The notes below the pieces were generated by a model, which saw only the letters and a list, made by a program, of their open reading frames with translations, was not told the origin of the DNA and searched no databases. Source: Eledone cirrhosa (taxonomy: Eukaryota). Taken from it: a stretch of DNA of 64,000 nucleotides. This document shows, piece by piece, positions 38,735-47,512 of this stretch. The position numbers and the translations under genes were made by a program. Where the stretch lies: assembly GCA_964016885.1 (NCBI GenBank), contig OZ024766.1, positions 310,001-374,000 of the forward strand, read 5' to 3'. Positions within the stretch are counted from its first letter, which is position 1. The number at the start of each line of letters is the position of its first letter.

Positions 38735-39262
38735 CTTTTTAGCCATTTTAGTCATTTATGATGCCGTTTTAGCCATTTTAGCCATTTTAATCATTTATGA
38801 TGACGTTTTAATCATTCATGATGAAGTTTTATCACTTATGATGCCGTTTTAACCATTTATGATGTTGTTTTAGCGATTTTAGTCATTTATGGTGACGTTT
38901 TAGCCATTTTACTCATTTATGATGCTGGTTTAGCCATTTTAGAGTTAATCTAGACATTTACTATGCCGTTTTAGCCATTTTAGTCATTTATGATGACGTT
39001 TTAGCAATTTTACTCATTTATGATGCTGTTTTAGCCATTTATGATGATGTTTTAGCCATTTTACTCATTTATGATGCCTTTTTAGTGATTTATGATGACG
39101 TTCTAGCCCTTTTCCTCATTTATGATGGCGTTTTAGAGTCAATCTACTCATTTATGATGCCTTTTTAGCCATTTTGGTGATTTATGATGCTGTTTAAGCC
39201 ATTTAGGATGCTGTTTTAGCTATTTTAGTCATTCATGATGACGTTTAACTCATTTATGATTC
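38735..39262 (+). repeat. Satellite, short forward-orientation block of old 21/30-bp units
   Basis: Second orientation switch at 'gagtagaatatctttttagcc'. Confidence 0.95.
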
Positions 39263-39284
39263 AATTTATGATTGCTTTGGTGTT

Positions 39285-39420
39285 TGCCAAGTTTATTCTA
39301 AACATTTTCGATTATGTTCTGTTTCTAATGGAATTTCTTCTCCAACTCATTCACAGATTCAGCCATAAGATCATCAACATACAGAATTTCTCATAGATAG
39401 CCAGTCTTAAACTCCTCTCA
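39285..39420 (-). mobile_element. Old RTE RT fragment (paralog of 46955-47100)
   Basis: Minus strand reads EILYVDDLMAESV (YADD motif region). Confidence 0.6.
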
Positions 39421-39614
39421 GAAGTAGGTTGAGGACAGAGTCATGGTCAACTGTTACCTGTACAAGTGTTAGATGTATTAAAACTTTTATTGAGATGATA
39501 TTAGTACATACAGTGTGAATAAAAGACATTTAGATGGGAAAATAATGAAATTACTGACTTGAGAAATTTCTCAAGTATAACTCTTTTATTAACAACACAG
39601 GGATTGAAATTTAA

Positions 39615-39811
39615 CCCTTTAGCGTTCACATTACTCTATATATACTATTGTATTTTCATGGTAAAAGCTTTAACTCACATAATATCGAATCTATGAGATT
39701 TTGAAAGTATTTATTTTGAGAACAATACCTTAACATCAGTTTGAGTGACCAGTTACAGCCAGTTTCAGCAGAAAAGGGTTGAGAATTCTGGCTGGTTTGA
39801 ACACTAAAGGG
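39615..39811 (+). mobile_element. piggyBac-type MITE (1 internal unit)
   Basis: TTAA-CCCTTTAGCGTTCA ... TGAACACTAAAGGG-TTAT. Confidence 0.85.
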
Positions 39812-39819
39812 TTATATAG

Positions 39820-40260
39820 GACTGTTTCTGGCTTGGTTTCTAACGCCAACCACATATACAGTGTGTGCTGGCTACTTTTAGTTTTGACACCTACATCCCC
39901 ACTTTACAGTGTGGACTGGGTGCTTTTTGTCATGACACCTACACAACCACTTTACAGTGGACTGGGTGCTTTTGTCATGACACCGACACAACCACTTTAC
40001 AGTGTGGACTGGGTGCTTTTTATCATGACACCTACATGACCACTTTACAGTGTGGGCTGGGTGCTTTTTGTCGTGACACCTACATGACCTCTTTACAGTG
40101 TGGGCTGGGTATATTTTGTTCACAGTGTAAGGATGTTGTAAATAGGAGCGGGTGGGTGGGGGTATAGTGGTTAAGAGGTGCCTACTAGGTGTATGTTTGA
40201 GTGTGCGCATGGGAATGCGTAAATTCTGTATTACTGCATAACAGCAAAGATCTCGATCTT
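39820..40260 (-). mobile_element. RTE ORF end plus 3' UTR with about 43-bp tandem units
   Basis: DRDLCCYAVIQN, followed by repeated 'aaaagcacccagtccacactgtaaagtgg'. Confidence 0.75.
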
Positions 40261-40280
40261 TATATACATATATATATAGT

Positions 40281-40626
40281 GGAGGCACATGGCTTAATGG
40301 TTAGAGCATTGGCTTTGCAATCGAAAGGTTGTGAGTTCAATTCTCAGACCGGGTGATGTGTTGTTACCTTGAGCAAGACACTTTATTTCACATTGCTCCA
40401 GTTTACTCAGCTGTAGAAATGAGATGATAGGGACTGGGGTCCATATCATTCCACTGCAAAGTGGTCGTGGAGGTGCCACGGCAAAGAAGCACCCAGCACT
40501 CGCTGTAAATGAGGTTGGTGTTAGGAAGGGCATCCAGCTGTAGAAATCAAGCCAGAATCAGTTCCCGTCCCACCCTTGCAAACAGGGAGAGGCGGATGTA
40601 AAATGAAATGATGAATGATGATGATG
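40281..40626 (+). mobile_element. tRNA-head CORE-like SINE with RTE-derived tail
   Basis: A box TGGCTTAATGG and B box GAGTTCAATTC. CORE-like CCTTGAGCAAGACACTT..CAGTTTACTCAGCTGTAGAAATG, then RTE tail with (GAT)n. ATATAGT on both sides (40274-40280, 40627-40633). Confidence 0.75.
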
Positions 40627-40634
40627 ATATAGTT

Positions 40635-41050
40635 GGAAAGAACAAACAAACGCAGGAGTCAATTGCACATAGTTGTATTAGATTCAAGCTTAGTGTGAGT
40701 GGAGGAAGTTTTGACATTTCATACTTAAGTCCTTCATCAGAAAAGTTGAGAAGAACTCCAAAAAGGAATAAGGAGGGTTGTAAAGAGGAAAACACACACA
40801 CACACACTAATTGTAGGATAAGGTAGGTAAATAGTTGTTGGTGGACAGGTAATAGAAGACAGCCTTCCAGAGAAAGGTGGAGGATAAGGTAGGTAAATGG
40901 TTGTTGGTGGACAGGTAATAGAAGACAGCCTTCCAGAGAAAGGTGGAGGATAAGGTAGGGAAATAGTTGTTGGTGGACAGGAAATGGAAGACAGCCTTCC
41001 AGAGAAAGGTGGAGGAGTTGTTCAGAGATGTGATAGAACAACCTGCTTTC
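40635..41050 (-). mobile_element. Penelope-like terminal fragment with degenerate hammerhead motif and three 66-bp repeats
   Basis: Minus strand TTTT-CTGATGA-AGGACTTAAGTAT-GAAA-TGTC-AAAA at 40709-40744. 66-bp unit 'ccttccagagaaaggtggagga..' x3 at about 40816-41015. Confidence 0.5.
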
Positions 41051-41757
41051 ACTATAGTTAAGTTATCAAAATAAAGTTTCAGATATTACTGGGGATTAAG
41101 TTTATCTACAGAATAGAAGAAACAGAGTTCAACAGCAATGAAATGCCATAATTGAAGAGCTGCCTTTGAGCAAGGGCGATGAACAGCGCAAGAGTTAAAG
41201 TAATACCTCAAAACCAATCCACCCATGGCCACACAAGGGGAATCACCTTTACTAGAAACATTGTATATAGGGAAGTGCTTTAAAGGATGTTTTTTATGTG
41301 TACTTTTATAAAATTAATTTTAAATAAACATATTATTATACATAAAATAAAGGAAAATATAATTGTTTATTCACCAAAATACTGCAAATCAAACAACTTC
41401 GATTAACTGATAAATATTCATTGGACAATATTTAAATTTCAAAAATTATCTGAATTTTTTCACGGGTCCAGCTAGTCCATTATAAATACTTTAAACTTTC
41501 TGGCATCTATTTAGTGAGGGAAGTATATCTATAGTATATTTTCTTCCTGCAGGAAATTTGTTAGATACAACAGACATAAGTTCTCTGAAAAAAATCTTGT
41601 ATTAAAAATACAACAATATTAAATTATCTCACCAATGTAAGATATAGTTATAGTGTTTGATGGTTGTTATTACAGTGTAATATCTTCTTTCATATGTAGA
41701 TATATTTATGGTTAAAAAGACAATAGTTTCATACAATGAATTTTGACACTGATACTG

Positions 41758-42873
41758 TTACACTTCTGTATGAACAGATACATGTTTAGTTAATTTACTT
41801 TTTCGACAGAACGATTCACCACAGATAACACACTTATGAGGCTTCTCTCCTGTATGAAGACGTATGTGTTGAATTAAGTGACCTAACTGACAGAATGATT
41901 TACCACAGATATCACAATGATAAGGTTTTTCTCCTGTATGAATACGTATGTGTCGAGTTAAGTCACGTACACAAGAAAATGACTTACCACAGATATCACA
42001 GTGATGAGGTTTCTCACCTGTATGAATACGCATGTGTTCAGTTAAGTAACATGACTGAGTGTATGATTTACCACAGATATCACAGAGATGAGGTTTATCT
42101 CCTGTATGAAGACGCATGTGTTGAGTTAAGTTACCTAACTGTGAGAATGATTTACTACAGATGCCACACTGATGAGGTTTTTCTCCTCTATGAAGCTGTA
42201 TGTGAGTAACTAGGCGACCTCTGTAAGAAAAGGATTTACCACAGATATCACACTTATGAGGATTCTCTCCTGTATGGCTATAATTGTGAATAGTTAAGCT
42301 ACTTGACTGTGAAAATGATCTACCACAGATATCACAGCGGTGTGGTTTCTCTCCTGTATGAACATGTTTGTGTCTAGTTAAGTGACTCAATTGAGAGAAG
42401 GATTTACCACAGATATCACAGTGATGAGGCTTCTCGCCTGTATGAATACGTTTGTGTATAGTTAAGTGAACTAACTGAGAAAATGATTTACTGCAGATTT
42501 CACAGCGATGAGGTTTCTCTCCTGTATGAATATATTTGTGTTGAGTTACGCCACTAATACAAGAGAATGATTTACCACAGATATCACAGCGATGAGGTTT
42601 CTCTCCTGTATGAATACGTTTGTGTTGAGTTACGCCACTAGTACAAGAGAATGATTTACCACAGATACCACAGTGATAAGGCTTCTCTCCTGTATGAAGA
42701 CGTATATGAATAGTTAGGTTACATAACTGTGAGAATGATTTACCACAGATACCACACGGATGAGGTTTTTCTCCAGTATGAACACGTTTATGTTTAGTTA
42801 ATTCACTTGTACGAGAACATGATTTACCACAGATATCACAGTGATATGATGATTTTCTTTTGCTCTTCGACAT
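41758..42873 (-). CDS. C2H2 zinc-finger protein, 13 intact fingers (ZF3, CDICGK type)
   Basis: First ATG (MSKSKRK) at 42873 aligns with the ZF2 start; the ORF track starts at TTG 42894. Stop follows the last finger cleanly. Candidate acceptor at 43292-43294. Confidence 0.92.
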   Translation of the reverse strand: MSKSKRKSSYHCDICGKSCSRTSELTKHKRVHTGEKPHPCGICGKSFSQLCNLTIHIRLHTGEKPYHCGICGKSFSCTSGVTQHKRIHTGEKPHRCDICGKSFSCISGVTQHKYIHTGEKPHRCEICSKSFSQLVHLTIHKRIHTGEKPHHCDICGKSFSQLSHLTRHKHVHTGEKPHRCDICGRSFSQSSSLTIHNYSHTGENPHKCDICGKSFSYRGRLVTHIQLHRGEKPHQCGICSKSFSQLGNLTQHMRLHTGDKPHLCDICGKSYTQSCYLTEHMRIHTGEKPHHCDICGKSFSCVRDLTRHIRIHTGEKPYHCDICGKSFCQLGHLIQHIRLHTGEKPHKCVICGESFCRKSKLTKHVSVHTEV

Positions 42874-43470
42874 CTCTCCAGGAAAAAATATCAATCTTTT
42901 AAGTGTCTTCCCAGAACTTTTTCTCTCAACACAATATATTGATGTTGTTTCTTGGTTTTGATTTTACAGTTTATTCCCAACAAATATTTCCTCTGTTAAA
43001 TCTCCATCAGCTCTGCTCTTTGTTGACATCTGAAAATGATGCAAATTCCTTTGTAAGTTTTTGCAACTTTACTAAGAATGCAGAATCTTCTTGTACATTT
43101 TCCAGATAGGAAGAAGAGAAATCTTTCCATCAACCTCAGTTTAGAAGAAATATTTCACTGTAATTCACCAAATGTTGATATAAAAAGACTTATATGAATA
43201 CTGTGTAAAATCTTGTGTTAGTCTTTTAAACAATGATATTGATGTTGTATCTGAAGTTAAAATTTCTCTTCTGTCAATGTCATGTGATATTCTGAAATAA
43301 GAGAAAAACAAAATAAGATATAGAGGAGAGGATATTAAAATGTTGTGATTTAACAATGAAAATTATATATTTCTATATCGATAAACTGTATATATAAACT
43401 TTCACCTGAATAATTCAACTTGTTAAATGTATCCCTCCATCTTAAACTCTAAAAATGTATAAATATATTT

Positions 43471-43507
<37 letters not shown>

Positions 43508-43539
43508 AGCATGGAAAGTGGGAGAAATCTTCTCCCCCC

Positions 43540-43845
43540 TCCCACAATGTTGCTGCTATGAAAAAACGCACTAAGTCCACAGTGTAAGGTGGTCATGCTG
43601 GTGAAATGACAAAAAGCACCCAGTCCACCTTGTTGGATGTTCGTTTTTGTGATATGATAAAAAGCACCCTCCTCAAACTGTAACATGGTTGGTGTTACGA
43701 ATGGCAACCAGCCATAGAAACAAAGTCAAAATATAGATCTGTATGAGCAAGACGTGGTCTCTGAACCTGACTTGTCTTATAATGTGACAACCTGTCAAAC
43801 CCATGCAAGCATGGAAAATGGATATTAAAAGATGAGGATGATGAG
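43540..43845 (+). mobile_element. Degenerate RTE 3' UTR/tail
   Basis: 'ggttggtgttacgaatggcaaccagccatagaaa..cccatgcaagcatggaaaatggatattaaaagatgaggatgatga'. Confidence 0.7.
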
Positions 43846-43994
43846 ATATCTTTCAGGCAAGAAAGATGCACCCAAGAGACAAAACAACCTGTTGAATATA
43901 GTTCTCCAGGCAATAACAGAGGAGTTTAAGAATGAGATATCAGTACACTAACAACCTAGTTCTTATAGCTGAATCATTGAGTAGGCACAAGTAC

Positions 43995-44152
43995 TTCCAC
44001 CTTACAAGTTGGACAGGGCGCTATCTTTGCAGTCTGAGTTCAAATCCTGCCGAGATTAACTTTACCTTTCATCCTTATGGGGGGTCAATAAAATAGAGTA
44101 CCAGTAATGTACTGCGGTAAATGCTGGCCTTGTGTCAAAAGTACAATTATTT
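43995..44152 (+). mobile_element. tRNA-derived SINE with Meta-like central domain
   Basis: B box GAGTTCAAATCC, then 'cctttcatcctt..ggggtcaataaaatagagtaccagt'. Same family as 52642-52828. Confidence 0.65.
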
Positions 44153-44608
44153 TAAAAGGACACCCTACTTTCCTGGGGAAAAAAGAAAATTCCTCGTTTT
44201 TTTTCGAGAGTTATCAACTAATCACACCTCCCAACAAGTAGGAAATGACTAGATTTATAGAAAAACTAGGGTGAAAGGGGGTCGAAAAGACGATCGGAGT
44301 TTCACAGATCTACACCCACCTCGCCTTTGGTGGTCGAAAGTTCCCCTTTTAGGGGGTTTTTTTTTGTGCTATCAACTAATTTGAACTCCAAGGTGATCCC
44401 TATCGATTTTTTCCCAGATTAAGGATAGGGTTTCTGTTCTCCGGGAATCTTGGAGGTTCGATGAGTTGATAGCACAAGAAATAACCGAGGAAAGAAATTA
44501 TTTTCCCACTGAAATGGAGGGGTGTGTTGTATAAATTGACCTAAACTACACATTATAATACAAGGTAGTGAAGAACATGATTAATTACACGGAGGTAACT
44601 TAAATAAT

Positions 44609-44781
44609 TGTTTCTACTTTTGGCACAAGGCCAGCAATTATCCCAGTGTATTACTGGTACTTTATTTTATTGACCCTGTAAGGATGAAAGGCAAAGTTAA
44701 CCTCGGCGGGATTTTTAACCCAGATCATAAAGGGAGGTAACTCTATGCTTCAAAGCATAGAGTTACCTCCCTTTATAATCT
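44609..44781 (-). mobile_element. Meta-like SINE with folded-back 5' end
   Basis: 17-bp target duplication GAGGTAAYTTAAATAAT at 44592-44608 and 44782-44798. Empty site in the paralogs near 11172 and 54061. Confidence 0.8.
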
Positions 44782-45279
44782 GAGGTAATTTAAATAATAG
44801 AGTCATACTAATATATTTTATATCACATGTAACAGTAGAATCTAGCTATTGTAAAATAAGACAACATTTCAGTCTAGAAGTATTTTCCTGTATATAAAAG
44901 TGACGAGGAAGAAATATGTCCAAAGTTGTTAAATATTTTCACTTGTATATAATTACTGTATCGTTGAAAGGTTCACATAATTCTATTATTTACACACATT
45001 ATTATAGACTTCAAGTAAATCTTTCTCAACTTACCCTCTTCACATGTAATCAATGTGTTGTCTTCTTATATTTTATTAAACAAAGAAATAATCTCCTTGT
45101 TGTTGAATAAGAATTTTCAAAGATTTCATCAGCTTTTCATTGTCCGCCATTGTTGTATCTTCTTATTCTTTAGCCACAGATTCGTATCTTGTCACAATGA
45201 AGAAGGTAAGCTAGCTCTTTTGCCCTCCCCCCTTCTTTGTGTGCGTGCGTGTGTGTGTATCTATGTATGTATGTATATA

Positions 45280-45310
<31 letters not shown>

Positions 45311-45334
45311 GTATATATATATATATGACAAGTA

Positions 45335-46340
45335 TATATATATATATATATAAGAATAAACGTGCTGCGTGGTTGCTAATGGGTTACATATGAATAAAGT
45401 TAGTCCTTCATCAGTGATCTTCCAACCATCATTGGTATTTCATCGCTTTAAAGACCATATACCTCCGGTTGGTGCGAGCAACGTCTAAAAAAAGTCGTTG
45501 GGACACGTAAATAAAGGGGACACGAGTGTAAACAAACAAAGATGGCGAAACAACGAAAAGTGAGGAAGAAGAAGTCAAGTCCCAAATTTCTATGAATATA
45601 AATTCGGTGAAATCGTGAACGAGAGAGAATAAAGACCATCAAACCTGGTTGGAATGTGAGCAAGGAAGGAATTTCGCACAGGTCTAACGGGAGGAAGAAG
45701 GGGTCTAGTCTGTGAATTCGGTAAACATAAGTTCTGTGAAATCGTAGACGAGAGAGAGAGAAAAAATGCCGACTTGCCTGGCCAAGGGTGCGAAAGAAAA
45801 GAATTACGCACAGGTCAAACGGGAAGGAGGAGGAGGAGGAGAGGTAGTAACAGAGAGTGAGTGAGTGAAGGGTGAGGAAGAGGCTAACAGAGAGAGTGAC
45901 TGTTTGTGACCCGTCTATTTCGTTCTTACTGCTTCCTCTTTCTCTGTATCCTCTCTGACAGTCACTCTCTCTGTTAGCCTCTTCCTCACCCTTCACTCAC
46001 TCACTCTCTGTTACTACCTCTCCTCCTTCTTCCCGTTTGACCTGTGCGTAATTCTTTTCTTTCGCACCCTTGATGGTCTTTATTCTCCCTCGTTTACGAT
46101 TTGATGGTCTTTATTCTCTCTCGTTCACGATTTCACCGAATTTATATTCATAGAAATTTGGGACTTGACTTCTTCTTCCTCATTTTTCGTTGCTTCACCA
46201 TCTTTGTTTGTTTACACTCGTGTCCCCTTTATTTACGTGTCCCAACGACTTTTTTTAGCCGTTGCTCGCACCAACCGGAGGTATATGGTCTTTAAAGCGA
46301 TGAAATACCAATGATGGTTGGAAGATCACTTTATTCATAT
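45335..46340. mobile_element. About 1-kb foldback insertion, possibly Penelope-derived
   Basis: 45413-45640 is the reverse complement of 46102-46330, and 45783-45903 of 45958-46072. Flanked by ATATATGACAAGTA (45321-45334, 46341-46354), which is single-copy in the paralog near 11716. Confidence 0.8.
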
Positions 46341-46589
46341 ATATATGACAAGTAAGTATGTTTTGAAACAGTGAGCAGGTTTGAAATTAGAAAATATTAT
46401 AGCTTTCACCGTATTTTTCGACTAAAGAAATTTTAGCCTGATAATGGGGTTTAGAACCCTCAGATAAATGGAAAAAGATGAGTATTGACGTACATGTACG
46501 TCAATACTCATCAATACTGCATTGTTGTTAGTATACTAACATCATACAATCTGCCAGTCAATTTATTGGAAAGAAACCTTTTGTAGCTA

Positions 46590-47100
46590 GCAGCTGTAGT
46601 AGCTCCCCGAACTCTCTCTGGCTGCTGTATATTTAGAACATTTACCTCCACTGCTAATTAGGTCACCTAGGTAGTAGAAGCTATCAACCATTTCTATAGA
46701 TCCCTCCTGAGATAGGTAGAACTTTATTTCACTGTTGTCCTTACTACCACCTATCCCTGTACATCTACGATACTCAAACTCTATCTTTACCATGAATCTG
46801 CTTCCTCTCCCACTACACTTCTTGTATACTCAATATTTACATTGGGTACATCATACAGAGTTACTACCTACACCTTTTCTACATATCAAACAAGGCTACT
46901 TCCCAGATGAGATCAAGGTCTTGTCTTTTTTCCTCTTTATGAAGACTTTGGTTATTGTCAAGTTTAGTCTAAACATTTTGTAATATGTTTTTGTTTCTAA
47001 AGTTAGAATTTCTACTCCAGCCCTTTCACAGATTCAGCCATAAGAAACAGATCATCAACATACAGAATTTCCCATAGATATTATGTGTTAAACTCCTCTC
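46590..47100 (-). mobile_element. Old RTE fragment (RT end, Cys-rich insert, downstream region)
   Basis: WEILYVDDL..; GSIEMVDSFYYLGDLISSGGKCS matches GSIEIVDTFRYLGDKISSGGGCS in the 49008 ORF. Confidence 0.8.
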
Positions 47101-47224
47101 TTAGTAAACAGAAGTAGGTTCAGTACAGAGTCATGATCAACTGTTACCTGTACAAGTATTTGTGTTAGATGTATTAAAACTTCTATTGAGATGATATTAA
47201 TACATACAGTGTTAATAAAAAATA

Positions 47225-47510
47225 CACACTACAACAGGGAGTGTGGGTGTTGTCCTCTAAATATTTCTTGAGGCCAGTTACAGCATTAAGTCATGGGATA
47301 GAGGGTCCCTCAATTATACCCTACAACAGGGAATGTGGGTGTTGCCCTCTAAATATTTCTTGAGGCCAGATACAGCATTAAGTCAGGGATAAAGGGTCCG
47401 TCAATTATACCCTACAACAGGGAATGTGGGTGTTGCCCTCTAAATATTTCTTGAGGCCAGTTACAGCATTATGTCATGGGATAGAGGGTCCCTCAATTAT
47501 ACACTACAAC
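47225..47510. repeat. 92-bp minisatellite, 3 copies
   Basis: 'acaacag' anchors at 47231, 47323, 47414 and 47506. Confidence 0.9.
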
Positions 47511-47512
47511 AG

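Noticed and set aside
40281-40352. tRNA gene
   Set aside because: A/B boxes are present but the acceptor stem does not pair and the sequence continues into a SINE body.
45448-45996. 182-aa ORF in the foldback element
   Set aside because: Low-complexity translation across an inverted repeat, with no recognisable domain.
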